From contig DASVCV010000004.1 of the NCBI GenBank assembly GCA_036381415.1, positions 33,572 to 97,571 on the forward strand: a DNA stretch of 64,000 nt, in the 5' to 3' direction. Below the pieces are notes generated by a model, which saw only the letters and a program-made list of their open reading frames with translations, had not been told where the DNA came from and searched no databases. This document shows, in pieces, positions 27,815 to 36,744 of this stretch. The stretch comes from Patescibacteria group bacterium. Lineage in GTDB: Bacteria; Patescibacteriota; Microgenomatia; UBA8517. The position numbers and the translations under genes are program-made. How positions within the stretch are numbered: position 1 is the first letter of the stretch; each line of letters opens with the position of its first letter.

Positions 27815-28919
27815 GGTTTAGTATATATTGCTTTATTTCTTTTTCAAATCTAGCTTTCTCAAATCTTTTTGCATTTTTAACACATTCAGAAGATTTGATA
27901 CTAACTCTTTTTAATTTAGATATTGCAGAAACTATGGAATCAGCTGTTAGTTCATCAAAAAATATTCCTGTTTTTGATTCTATTACTGATTCTAAATATC
28001 CTCCACCTTTATATGCAATGACAGGAGTACCTCCCGCCTGGGCTTCAACAACAGTCATTCCAAAGTCTTCATCTTTTTGAGCTGCTATGAAAGCATTTGC
28101 GCCTTTGTAATATGAAATTAGTTCTTCATCATTTAGTTTTCCTAAGAATTCAATGTTATTTCCCGATATCTTTCTTAATTCTTCTTCTAATATTCCAGAG
28201 CCAAAAATCTTTAGATTAACTTTGGCTTTCTCACATGCTTTAATAACAAGATGAAAGTTTTTGGCTGCAACCATTCTTCCACCTGTTAGAAAATAATTAC
28301 CATCTTTGGGGGTTAATTTAGAATTTATTATTCTTTCAACTTCAACAGGAGGATAGATTACATCTGCTTTACGCTGGTAGTATTTTTCAATTCTATTTGC
28401 GGTATTGGCACTATTTGCAATGAAGTAATCTACTTTTTTAGAAGCTTTAGCATCATATATTCTCATGAAACGGTTAACTAAAGCTGCATAAATATCAACT
28501 GCCTTTCTATACCACTTTTCTTTCCATCTTCTTGAAGTGTCAAAACCATATAAATACCTAGGAGGTGTGTGACAGTAGCAAATTTCTATCTGGTTCTTTC
28601 TGGTTTTAAAACCACGAGTGATTGCCCAACTTGAACTATCAATAATTAGGTCAAACTTTGAAAGATCAAAACTTCCCCAGATAGCAGGAAGAAGAAACCT
28701 TAAGGGAGAAATTAATTTGGAAGAAAATGGAATATACTGGAACCAGGAAGTTTTAACGTTTAGTTTTTCAAACTTCTCCCAGAACTTTCCCATCTTTTTT
28801 TTGTCTTTGATGCATACAAAAATTGGAGCAGCAGGATATATATCATGAAGAGCAAGAAGAACTTGTTCTGCTCCTCCATAATCTATTAAGTAATCGTGTG
28901 TGATTGCAATTTTTGTCAT
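27798..28919 (-). CDS. GT4-family glycosyltransferase
   Basis: HDYL..YGGAE, YCHTPPRY and EDFGMTVVEAQA. Confidence 0.92.
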   Translation of the reverse strand: MTKIAITHDYLIDYGGAEQVLLALHDIYPAAPIFVCIKDKKKMGKFWEKFEKLNVKTSWFQYIPFSSKLISPLRFLLPAIWGSFDLSKFDLIIDSSSWAITRGFKTRKNQIEICYCHTPPRYLYGFDTSRRWKEKWYRKAVDIYAALVNRFMRIYDAKASKKVDYFIANSANTANRIEKYYQRKADVIYPPVEVERIINSKLTPKDGNYFLTGGRMVAAKNFHLVIKACEKAKVNLKIFGSGILEEELRKISGNNIEFLGKLNDEELISYYKGANAFIAAQKDEDFGMTVVEAQAGGTPVIAYKGGGYLESVIESKTGIFFDELTADSIVSAISKLKRVSIKSSECVKNAKRFEKARFEKEIKQYILNHARTS

Positions 28920-29812
28920 ACCAGACTCATTTGTTTTTCTTCATCAACCTTTTTACCTACTTTTATTACTCTTTGAGTTAATGTTTTAAAGCCAAACTTC
29001 TCAAAAAGATTGAGTGTTTTTTTATTGTCTATATCCCATTTTTGCGCTTTTTCTAGATGAAATGTAACTGGAACATCACAAACAATGGTTGCAAGCTTTT
29101 TTGACATGCCTGCTGACTCTATTCCTTCTGCTAATTTTTTTGAAACTTTTGGAGAAATAAGAGCTAGGTTTTCATATATTTTTTCTAATGTTTGATATTT
29201 TTCAATTAGTGAGATTGCAGTTTTGGGACCCACTCCTGGGACGCCTGGATAGTTGTCAGATGAATCCCCCACTAATGCTTTGTAATCTACAATCTGATTT
29301 GGTTTTACCCCTAATCTTTCTACCACATCATTTTCTCCATATACTTTTCCTTCTGATAGTCCACGGACTGGCATGTATACTTTTACTCTACCATCAACCA
29401 ACTGGAGAATGTCACGGTCACCTGTGACAATTACTACTTCATCTACCTTTTCAGTTTGTTTTGCAATAGTTCCTAAAACGTCATCTGCTTCATATCCTTC
29501 CTGTTTATAAATAGGGATATCCATTGCATCTAAAACTTTGTAAATAATTTCAAACTGAGAAGAAAGATCTGATTCAAGACGAGGTCTATGGGCTTGGTAT
29601 CCTATATATTGGGCATGTCTAAAAGTTGGTTTGGGAGTGTCAAAGCAAACTGCAATATGAGTTGGCTTAAGAGTTGTGACAATACCAAGTAGCATTGAAA
29701 TAAATCCATACACTGCATTTATCTGCACTCCATCTTTAGATGTTAATGGAGGAAGAGCATGATAGGCTCTGTGAAGAATGGCATTTCCATCAATAAGAAT
29801 TAGTTTAGTCAC
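28916..29812 (-). CDS. stand-alone 5'-3' exonuclease/flap endonuclease (PolA N-terminal domain)
   Basis: LIDGN..HRAYHA, EADD, TGDRD and GDSSDNYPGVPGVGPKTA; no polymerase domain. Confidence 0.92.
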   Translation of the reverse strand: MTKLILIDGNAILHRAYHALPPLTSKDGVQINAVYGFISMLLGIVTTLKPTHIAVCFDTPKPTFRHAQYIGYQAHRPRLESDLSSQFEIIYKVLDAMDIPIYKQEGYEADDVLGTIAKQTEKVDEVVIVTGDRDILQLVDGRVKVYMPVRGLSEGKVYGENDVVERLGVKPNQIVDYKALVGDSSDNYPGVPGVGPKTAISLIEKYQTLEKIYENLALISPKVSKKLAEGIESAGMSKKLATIVCDVPVTFHLEKAQKWDIDNKKTLNLFEKFGFKTLTQRVIKVGKKVDEEKQMSLV

Positions 29813-31662
29813 ACAGTTATTTTAGCAAATGAAGGCTTTGGACCTACAATTTTTTCAAAATCATCTCTATCAATTGTCTCTTTTTCAAGAAGTGCTTTAA
29901 CTACTTTATCAAGAAGTTTTTTGTTTTTCTTCACAATAACAAGTGCTGTTTTGTGTGCTTTTTCCATTATTCCTCCTACTTCTTTGTCAATTTTTTCCTG
30001 CATGGCAGGTGATACTTGAGACGGCTCCATCCAGTTGGCATTTCCAAAATCATCATATCCAACTTGCGGACCAAGATTAACAGGCCCGAGATTACTCATT
30101 CCAAAATCCACAACCATTGCACGGGCCACACGGGTTGCATGTTCAATATCATTTGAAGCACCTGCTGTAATATCACCAAATATAACTTCTTCAGCAGCAC
30201 GGCCACCTAACATTGCTGCAATTTGCTCGATAAGACGGGATTTTGTTTCATGGGTGCGGTCTGCAGCTGGGGGAATAAGGGTGTGGCCTAGACTCATTCC
30301 ACGAGCAACTATTGAAATTCTGTGGACTGGATCCATTTTAGGCAAAATATGGGTAACAATGGCATGCCCTGCTTCATGATAGGCTGTTATTTCTCTGTCT
30401 TCTTTTGATTGAAGCCTGTGACGGGCTGGTCCCATTTTTACTTTGGTTGCAGCTTCTTCAATATCTTCCATTTCAATTTCGTGTTTGTCAGATCTGGCTG
30501 CATGGATTGCTGCTTCATTTAACATATTTTCAAGATCTGCTCCTGAAAACCCTACTGTTCTATCTGAAACACGGCTCCAATTTACATTTTTAGAAAACTT
30601 TTTGCCTTTGGCATGGATTTTAAGAATATCGAGACGGCCTTCCTTGTCAGGCATATCAAGAGTAATTCGTCTATCAAACCTACCTGGTCTTAAAAGTGCT
30701 GGATCCAGAAGATCTCCTCTATTAGTTGCTGCAATTACAATAACATTATCATTTGGAGTAAAGCCATCCATTTCAACTAATATCTGATTAAGGGTCTGCT
30801 CTCTTTCATCATGACCTCCAACATATCCTCCACGACCTCTTTGGCGTCCTATTGCATCAATTTCGTCAATGAAAATAATTGAAGGGGCTGAGGCTTTGGC
30901 TGTTCCAAACAAATCTCTTACACGGCTAGCTCCTACTCCGACTAACATTTCCATAAACTCCGAACCAGCCATTGAGAAAAATGGAACGCCTGCTTCACCT
31001 GCAACTGCTCTAGCAAGAAGAGTTTTTCCAACTCCTGCTGGACCAAAAAGAAGAACGCCTTTGGGGGTGCGGGCACCCATTGCTCTATATTTGGATGGGT
31101 GTTTTAAAAAATCAACTACTTCAGAAAGCTCTTTTTTGGCTTCATCTACTCCTGCTACATCTTTAAAAGTTGTTGCTTGTTTTCCTTTAGAAAATAATTT
31201 TGCACGGGATCTTCCAAAAGAAAATATGTCTTGAGCTCCTTTATTCTGGGATCTTAAAAATAAAAACAAAAGACCACCCATCAAAAGAAGAGGTATTATA
31301 ATACTTGCTAATTCACCAACTGCTCTAGTTACTGTTTGGTCTGAGATACTGTAATTAACTTTAGTAGGGTCAATGTTTGCACGATTTAAAAGTTCTGGAA
31401 AAGAAATGCTGTCTTCTTTTGTTGCAACTTTAGTACTTTTATCTTTATAGGTAAAAATGAGTTTGTTTCCTTCAACTGATACCTTGTCCACCTTATCATC
31501 TTTCATATCTTGCAGAGCATTTGATAGATCTATGTGGCTATTGTCGATTTGGGTTTGAAAAAAGGCCAAAAAGAAAGGAGCAATTAATAAAATGGATAAA
31601 ACTACTAAACCTACTTTAAAAAGATTAACTTTTAGTTTGACTACTGGACGTTTTTCTTTCAT
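29809..31662 (-). CDS. ftsH: ATP-dependent zinc metalloprotease FtsH
   Basis: Two TM helices, Walker [20 protein letters not shown] and HEAGH. Confidence 0.98.
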   Translation of the reverse strand: MKEKRPVVKLKVNLFKVGLVVLSILLIAPFFLAFFQTQIDNSHIDLSNALQDMKDDKVDKVSVEGNKLIFTYKDKSTKVATKEDSISFPELLNRANIDPTKVNYSISDQTVTRAVGELASIIIPLLLMGGLLFLFLRSQNKGAQDIFSFGRSRAKLFSKGKQATTFKDVAGVDEAKKELSEVVDFLKHPSKYRAMGARTPKGVLLFGPAGVGKTLLARAVAGEAGVPFFSMAGSEFMEMLVGVGASRVRDLFGTAKASAPSIIFIDEIDAIGRQRGRGGYVGGHDEREQTLNQILVEMDGFTPNDNVIVIAATNRGDLLDPALLRPGRFDRRITLDMPDKEGRLDILKIHAKGKKFSKNVNWSRVSDRTVGFSGADLENMLNEAAIHAARSDKHEIEMEDIEEAATKVKMGPARHRLQSKEDREITAYHEAGHAIVTHILPKMDPVHRISIVARGMSLGHTLIPPAADRTHETKSRLIEQIAAMLGGRAAEEVIFGDITAGASNDIEHATRVARAMVVDFGMSNLGPVNLGPQVGYDDFGNANWMEPSQVSPAMQEKIDKEVGGIMEKAHKTALVIVKKNKKLLDKVVKALLEKETIDRDDFEKIVGPKPSFAKITV

Positions 31663-31724
31663 ATGTTTATTCTAAATCTTTTCTTTAATACCAGATTATA
31701 ACACGAAAATAGGAGCATTTAGCT

Positions 31725-32093
31725 TTATCTCACTTTTGTTCCATTAGGAACTTTTTGAGAAAGCTTAAAAAGAATTGGCTTTTCTTCTTCTTCACTTTTT
31801 TCGTCCTTTTCTAATTTCATAGATGCTGCAAGCATCATTCCATTACTAGTATCACCTTCGGGTCCCATCTTTTTAGGTTTCATATTTACTACAAAAGGAA
31901 ACTGCTTCCCAACAAGATCTTCAGATTTGTAGAATTTCATTATTCCTGCAAAAATTACTCTTTTGCCCAATTCTTTTCCAAAATCAACTTCTAACTTCGT
32001 TACCCAATGGGACCACTCAGGAACAGAAGCATCCACAACGGTCCCAACTCTAATATCTAACTTTTGGAAATCATCAATTGAAATAGGATCCAT
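31725..32093 (-). CDS. tRNA-binding OB-fold protein (CsaA/Trbp111/MetRS C-terminal-like)
   Basis: DDFQKLDIRVG, VNMKPKKM...SNGMML and VPNGTKVR. Confidence 0.88.
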   Translation of the reverse strand: MDPISIDDFQKLDIRVGTVVDASVPEWSHWVTKLEVDFGKELGKRVIFAGIMKFYKSEDLVGKQFPFVVNMKPKKMGPEGDTSNGMMLAASMKLEKDEKSEEEEKPILFKLSQKVPNGTKVR

Positions 32094-33095
32094 TTATTTA
32101 AAATAATTTATCTTCATAGACTGGCGTACTTTTTCCATAGTTTGACTGGCAACTTTTCTTGCCCTTTGAGTTCCTTCTTCCAAGATTCTATTTAATTCAG
32201 CTGGGTTTTTACTGAGAGCTTCTCTTTTTTCTCTAATGGGTTTAAGGAAATTATTGAGAACTTCAAAAAGATATTCTTTAATTTCAACATCCCCTACTTT
32301 TCCTTCTTTATATCTTTGTTTAAATTCTTTTATTTTTTCTTTATCAGAACCGAAGGCATCAAGATAGATAAATACTGGATTTCCTTCTGGATTTCCTGGA
32401 TCTGTGGGATGAATTCTTTTTGGATCTGTATACATCCCCATTACTTTCTTTTTAAGATCTGCTTCTGAATCAGAAAGGTAAATGGCATTTCCCAGACTTT
32501 TGCTCATCTTTGAGTTTCCATCAATACCAGGAAGTCTCTTAACTTCTCCTACCAAGGCTTCAGGTTCTACAAATACTTCTTTATATAGTGAATTAAATTT
32601 TCTAACTATTTCTCTTGTTTGTTCAATCATGGGGAGCTGATCTTCACCTACTGGAACTAAGTTGGCATTAAAAATTGCAATATCTGCAGCTTGAGAAACA
32701 GGATAGACTGCAAATCCTGCAGGAATGTTTTTTCCAAAGCCTTTTTGCTTAATTTCATCTTTTACAGTTGGGTTTCTTAATACTCTTTCTAGGGTTACAA
32801 GATTTAAATAAAAAACAGTAAGTTCAGCAATTTCAGGTATGAGAGATTGAATAAGAATTGTAGTTTTTTTAGGGTCTATTCCAACAGATAGATAGTCTAA
32901 AAGAAGTTCTTTAATATTGTCTGCTACTTTTTGAGGATTTTCAAAATTGTCAGTTAGAGCTTGGACATCAGCAATCATCACAAATTGGTCATATGAATCC
33001 TGAAGCTTTACTCTATTTTTCAAGCTCCCCACATAATGACCAAGGTGCATTTTTCCAGTTGGTCTGTCACCAGTTAATATTCTTTTTGTAGCCAT
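32094..33095 (-). CDS. trpS: tryptophan-tRNA ligase
   Basis: [20 protein letters not shown] and KMSKS. Confidence 0.97.
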   Translation of the reverse strand: MATKRILTGDRPTGKMHLGHYVGSLKNRVKLQDSYDQFVMIADVQALTDNFENPQKVADNIKELLLDYLSVGIDPKKTTILIQSLIPEIAELTVFYLNLVTLERVLRNPTVKDEIKQKGFGKNIPAGFAVYPVSQAADIAIFNANLVPVGEDQLPMIEQTREIVRKFNSLYKEVFVEPEALVGEVKRLPGIDGNSKMSKSLGNAIYLSDSEADLKKKVMGMYTDPKRIHPTDPGNPEGNPVFIYLDAFGSDKEKIKEFKQRYKEGKVGDVEIKEYLFEVLNNFLKPIREKREALSKNPAELNRILEEGTQRARKVASQTMEKVRQSMKINYFK

Positions 33096-33137
33096 ACCGC
33101 AATCTTACATTAACTTAAGAGGATTTTAAAGAAGATG

Positions 33138-33209
33138 TGCCAACGATTGGGTTCGAACCAATGACCGATCGCTTATGAAACGATTGCTCTACCGCTGAGC
33201 TACGTTGGC
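33138..33209 (-). tRNA. tRNA(CAU), probably elongator tRNA-Met
   Basis: Reverse complement GCCAACGTAGCTCAGCGGTAGAGC-A-ATCGT-TT-CAT-AA-GCGAT...TTCGAAC...CGTTGGCA. It has G1-C72 and lacks the Ile-type C4-G69 pair. Confidence 0.9.
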
Positions 33210-33878
33210 ATTGGGTAATGCCCTTATCAGACCTAATATTTTATAATAAAGTTCTCCAGGTTTCAAAACCAATACATCTAGCGTGCCAAAATGGTCATCA
33301 TAATTGTCGTAAACCTTATGCACTTTAGACTTTTTAAAGCTGGTTTTGTGGAAATGAGACAGTGGTATTCCAGTTAATTCAGACCAATACTTTTTAACTA
33401 CTTCTTCCCTTTCTTTATGCATCTCATTTATTCCCACCCTTAGCACAAGCCTATCTTTATCTATACCGAAACTCTCTTTTAACCACTTGATCATGAATTT
33501 AATAACATTTGGATCTGAATTACAAAATGTTAGTCTTCCATCTTTTTTGGATCCTTCTGCCCAATACAAGGCAAGTCCGGTTAGAAAAAGTTCTCTTTTA
33601 GATATGTTTTGGATTGTTTTTGAGCCTTCTTTGTTGCATTCTGCTATTAACTTAAGTCGTCTTTCTTTCTGTATTAAAGCTCCCTTTACCCTTCCCAGCT
33701 CACTTCCTTTGATCATACTTTTTTTAAGTTCTTCTAGCTGCCTCACAGAAAGGATAATATCTCTAACCCAAATACTTGCTGTGCTTTTTGATATATGAAG
33801 CTCTTCTGAAATTTTTTTAACGCTTTTCCCTCTTTTTCGCATCTCACGTGCCTTTAGTCTTAATTCGTATTTTGCCAT
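33189..33878 (-). CDS. HTH + LAGLIDADG-like domain protein overlapping tRNA-Met
   Basis: N-terminal HTH (SVKKISEELHISKSTASIWVR); LFLTGLALYWAEGSK resembles a LAGLIDADG helix, followed by FCNSDP. The last codons ANVAQR* are the tRNA 5' end. Confidence 0.75.
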   Translation of the reverse strand: MAKYELRLKAREMRKRGKSVKKISEELHISKSTASIWVRDIILSVRQLEELKKSMIKGSELGRVKGALIQKERRLKLIAECNKEGSKTIQNISKRELFLTGLALYWAEGSKKDGRLTFCNSDPNVIKFMIKWLKESFGIDKDRLVLRVGINEMHKEREEVVKKYWSELTGIPLSHFHKTSFKKSKVHKVYDNYDDHFGTLDVLVLKPGELYYKILGLIRALPNANVAQR

Positions 33879-33907
33879 TCGAACTTCCTCTTCTGATGTA
33901 TATGCTC

Positions 33908-33972
33908 ATATTACTCTCTAGTACTCTCTTAGTCAAATACAAATTGATATTTATTGCTTTCAAGACTATAAT
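33908..33972. promoter_or_regulatory. back-to-back sigma70 promoters for the HTH-LAGLIDADG ORF (-) and the intron-containing tRNA (+)
   Basis: Minus strand: TTGACT(33936-31)-17-TAATAT(33913-08), with TACTCTCT twice at a 10-bp period. Plus strand: TTGATA(33944-49)-17-TATAAT(33967-72). Confidence 0.65.
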
Positions 33973-33989
33973 TAGCCTGTTCGTTTACA

Positions 33990-34248
33990 TGCGGGGTAGT
34001 GTACGGATGCACGGAAGGCTAGTAGAATGGGCCCTTTGAGAAGTAATTTTCAAAGCAAACTTGGCTATATCGGTGGACAACCTAATTTTAGGTCAATACC
34101 GAGGGAACCTTATAAATTTTTAAGGACACCGTAGAGACTAAACGCCGAGCTCCTGAATTTCAGGATGATGATATAGTCCGACACTCACAGTAATGTGAGA
34201 TTACAGATGCATAATCTTCCAGGCTGGGTTCAACTCCCAGCCCCGCAA
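33990..34248 (+). tRNA. initiator-type tRNA-fMet(CAU) interrupted by a group I intron (exons 33990-34020 and 34210-34248)
   Basis: Joined exons: TGCGGGG-TA-GTGT-ACGGAT-GCAC-G-GAAGG-CT^CAT-AA-TCTTC-CAGG-CTGGG-TTCAACT-CCCAG-CCCCGCA-A. The acceptor stem matches the fMet type. Confidence 0.88.
34021..34209 (+). ncRNA. 189-nt group I self-splicing intron (tRNA position 33/34)
   Basis: U.G at the 5' splice site (GGCU/GGCC, P1); P2 CTTTGAGAA-GTAA-TTTTCAAAG; P3 CTTGGC/GCCGAG; P4 TCGGT/ACCGA; R-like GTAGAGACTA and S-like GATATAGTCC forming P7; P8 TCCTGA/TCAGGA; P9 CTCACA-GTAA-TGTGAG; terminal G at 34209. Confidence 0.9.
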
Positions 34249-34271
34249 CACAGTAGTATTAGAGGAGGGAT

Positions 34272-35699
34272 CTAACTTGGCTTTTGCGAAGGGATAATTG
34301 ATACCGGATGTAATATCATATCTTTCAACTGTTGGGCCTTATCCATGAAATTCTCGACTTTATTTTCTTTTGCAATTTTAATTGCCTTATTAACTAAGTC
34401 CAAAGCCTCTTCTTTCTCGCCAAAGCCTCTTAACGCATTAGCAAAGTTGTGCATTAGTAATGCTAACTCTGCTTTATCATTGGCGTTTATTAAAATACCC
34501 TTTGCGTACATAAACGAACTCTTGCACACTTTCTTTTCAAATTCCGCCCTATCTTTTAGACCTAAATGGGTAAAATGTTGAGCTCTTCCACCTGCTGCTG
34601 AACCTATCATGGAAAAAATCCTCGAAACTGCCAAGTAGTTTTTAGACTCTATGGCTTTATTTATGGCAGTTCTGAATAATTCTTTAAATTCCAAATCTAA
34701 TGACTTTAGTCGACCAATAATCGCTGCTTGCTCCTGCGGGGTTATGACTGGCCAGCCAAGGCTATTTGTCATTATTATTTTTCCCCAACCCTCCAAATCT
34801 AGAAGAACGAATTGAGTAGAAACATTGATTCCTTTTTCAGCTCTCAGAATAGCTTCAGCATCTTTAGCTTTCATATTTAATGCTGTTTGTATGCCTAAAT
34901 CTATTAAAGTATTCTGATCTTCTGCTGTGTCAGGTGAATATTTATACCATGAAACTAAAGCCAATATTGCTTGTAAAATAGCCTCTTGATCTTCTGAGGA
35001 ATAGACAATCTTTCTAACTTCTAATAAATCTTCTTTTGTGGGTTGCCCTTTATATAGGGATACAACCTTTTTATAATCTTCACTTTTACCTTTTTTAGAT
35101 GGTGGTTTATTCCCTGTAAAACCTACCTTGATATCTCTTTGCTGATTTTGTTCTGCGGAGGAAGCTATATCTTTAGAACCTTCACCTTTTTTACCTCCTA
35201 AAAGCTCTTTTACTTCAGCTAGAATTTTACTGTCACCCAAAAGATTTATATCCAAAATGTAGTTAATTATGTCCTGAGGCAGATTAGAAATTTTATCCGC
35301 TATCATTTTGTGATCCCACAATTCTATCTTTAAATTCGGGTGTGTCTGTCTCAAAACGTCAGTCGATTTGTGTATTGCACCAGCTAGAGTATCATTTGTT
35401 AAATAAACCCACCTTCGAACACCACTATAATTAGCTCTGCAACCTGCAAGATCGCTTTTAATTTTTGATTTAGTCTTACTTAAACTCTCCCCTCTGGTAG
35501 CATGGGCTTGGAAAAAAATGCGAGCTTTTGGACAATATCCATCATTTTTAGTATCACCCTCGACCCCTCCTGGCCTAACAGGCGTGTAGTCATCTGGGAA
35601 TAGGCTCAAACACAATCTATCACAAAATTCCTGAAATGAATTACCTTCTAAACCTCTAATTTTATCTTCTATTATTTTCCTTTGTGAATTTTTATCCAT
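34272..35699 (-). CDS. putative PD-(D/E)xK/Mrr-like nuclease fused to a TPR-like domain
   Basis: N-terminal FQEFCDRL...VRPGGVEGDTKNDGY...FFQAHA...KIKSDL...WVYLTN...IELWD; C-terminal TPR-like ALLMHNFANALRGFGEKEEALDLVNKAIKIA. Confidence 0.7.
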   Translation of the reverse strand: MDKNSQRKIIEDKIRGLEGNSFQEFCDRLCLSLFPDDYTPVRPGGVEGDTKNDGYCPKARIFFQAHATRGESLSKTKSKIKSDLAGCRANYSGVRRWVYLTNDTLAGAIHKSTDVLRQTHPNLKIELWDHKMIADKISNLPQDIINYILDINLLGDSKILAEVKELLGGKKGEGSKDIASSAEQNQQRDIKVGFTGNKPPSKKGKSEDYKKVVSLYKGQPTKEDLLEVRKIVYSSEDQEAILQAILALVSWYKYSPDTAEDQNTLIDLGIQTALNMKAKDAEAILRAEKGINVSTQFVLLDLEGWGKIIMTNSLGWPVITPQEQAAIIGRLKSLDLEFKELFRTAINKAIESKNYLAVSRIFSMIGSAAGGRAQHFTHLGLKDRAEFEKKVCKSSFMYAKGILINANDKAELALLMHNFANALRGFGEKEEALDLVNKAIKIAKENKVENFMDKAQQLKDMILHPVSIIPSQKPS

Positions 35700-36195
35700 A
35701 AATTCTCTTTAGAGCTTTAGTCCACCATTTGGGGTCATTTACTTGGATAAAATTTGAGGGGTAATATTCAAAGGTATATTCCTCTAAATGTTTTAGCTGA
35801 TTGTTATCAATAGAGGATCTAATAATCTGTTTTGCATCCTCAAGCAACTTCTCATCTTTTAAGTGGGGATGCGACATATGAAGCAACATCCCTCCATCTG
35901 TAAAAGCAAAGCCTGAAATTAAATTATCTTTGGTAACAATAAATGAGGCTATCCTCATAAGAGTGCCAGAGGAAATTTCAAATCCTTGGCTGTAGGGCAT
36001 AATAGTAAATTCTTTGTATTTTTCAGGTAAAGAGCCAAATTTCGTCTTTAATAAATCTTCCTGCCTATACCAACGATCACCTCGATCCCCAACCTTCACA
36101 GCTGCTAGTTTTCCTTCCCTATCCCAACGTCTCAAGGTTTCAGGATGGACACCTAGAAAATTGGCTGCATCTTGAATTGAAAGTAGATTTTTCAT
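35692..36195 (-). CDS. MerR/excisionase-like HTH protein with an unknown C-terminal domain
   Basis: LLSIQDAANFLGVHPETLRRWDREGKL...GDRWY; overlaps the next start by 8 nt. Confidence 0.8.
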   Translation of the reverse strand: MKNLLSIQDAANFLGVHPETLRRWDREGKLAAVKVGDRGDRWYRQEDLLKTKFGSLPEKYKEFTIMPYSQGFEISSGTLMRIASFIVTKDNLISGFAFTDGGMLLHMSHPHLKDEKLLEDAKQIIRSSIDNNQLKHLEEYTFEYYPSNFIQVNDPKWWTKALKRIYG

Positions 36196-36198
36196 AAC

Positions 36199-36236
36199 TT
36201 ATACAAGATTATACATTCGTACTCACTTAAAGTCAA
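36199..36236 (-). promoter_or_regulatory. near-consensus sigma70 promoter of the cassette with tandem TGTATAA repeats
   Basis: TTGACT(36236-31)-17-TATAAT(36213-08); TGTATAA twice at a 10-bp period, over the -10 box and start site. Confidence 0.7.
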
Positions 36237-36323
36237 CATCCATTTCTGGTTTAAAATCTTAGAAGAATAATTACACACTCATAAGTTAAAAAATTTTAAC
36301 TTCATTCCACCCCGTAACAAGAT

Positions 36324-36713
36324 TTAGAAAAACAGTTTTGCCCATTTTTTCCAGTTAGGATCAGGCAGAAAATTTTCTTCTTTTTCAGGAGTGGGAGCTA
36401 AGAGTTTTAGAGTTTGGGCATCAGGAAGAACTACTATAATTTCTCCAGCTTTTGCTAATCCTAATTTGTTTCTTGCTTCCTTTTCTATAAATTCCTGACT
36501 TTTGGCTTCTGCCACCTTTTTTTTGAGTTCTTCTTGTTCTTTCTGGGCAGCTTCAATTTTGTTTTTAGCTTCTGTCAGTTTTTGATTTGCATTAAGGATT
36601 TTTTTAATACTTCCTAAGAGTGAAAGCGAAAGTAAAATTATTACAACAATAATTAAAATGTTTGTTATTAATCTAATATTATGAATTATTCTCTTAAGTC
36701 TTTCTTGAAACAT
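36324..36713 (-). CDS. septum formation initiator (FtsB/DivIC family)
   Basis: TM helix, coiled coil and FIEKEARNKLGLAKAGE. Confidence 0.85.
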   Translation of the reverse strand: MFQERLKRIIHNIRLITNILIIVVIILLSLSLLGSIKKILNANQKLTEAKNKIEAAQKEQEELKKKVAEAKSQEFIEKEARNKLGLAKAGEIIVVLPDAQTLKLLAPTPEKEENFLPDPNWKKWAKLFF

Positions 36714-36744
36714 AGGTTTTATATGATAAAATATAGGATATTAT

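Larger units (their letters stand above)
34249..36319. mobile_element. about 2-kb integrase-less cassette at the tRNA-fMet 3' end
   Basis: The tRNA 3' end TTCAACTCCCAGCCCCGCAACA (34229-34250) is echoed by degenerate TTCATTCCACCCCGTAACA (36301-36319). The two bracket a pair of non-core genes. Confidence 0.55.

Noticed and set aside
33138-33209. This CAU tRNA as tRNA-Ile2 (lysidine type)
   Set aside because: It lacks C4-G69 and a UAU tRNA-Ile is present, so elongator Met is more parsimonious. This is not proven.
33848-34039. 63-aa plus-strand ORF
   Set aside because: It runs across the divergent promoters and the tRNA-fMet 5' exon, so it is spurious.
35692-36195. IS607 TnpA transposase
   Set aside because: Only the MerR-like HTH is shared. 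There is no serine-recombinase YARVS motif and no tnpB.
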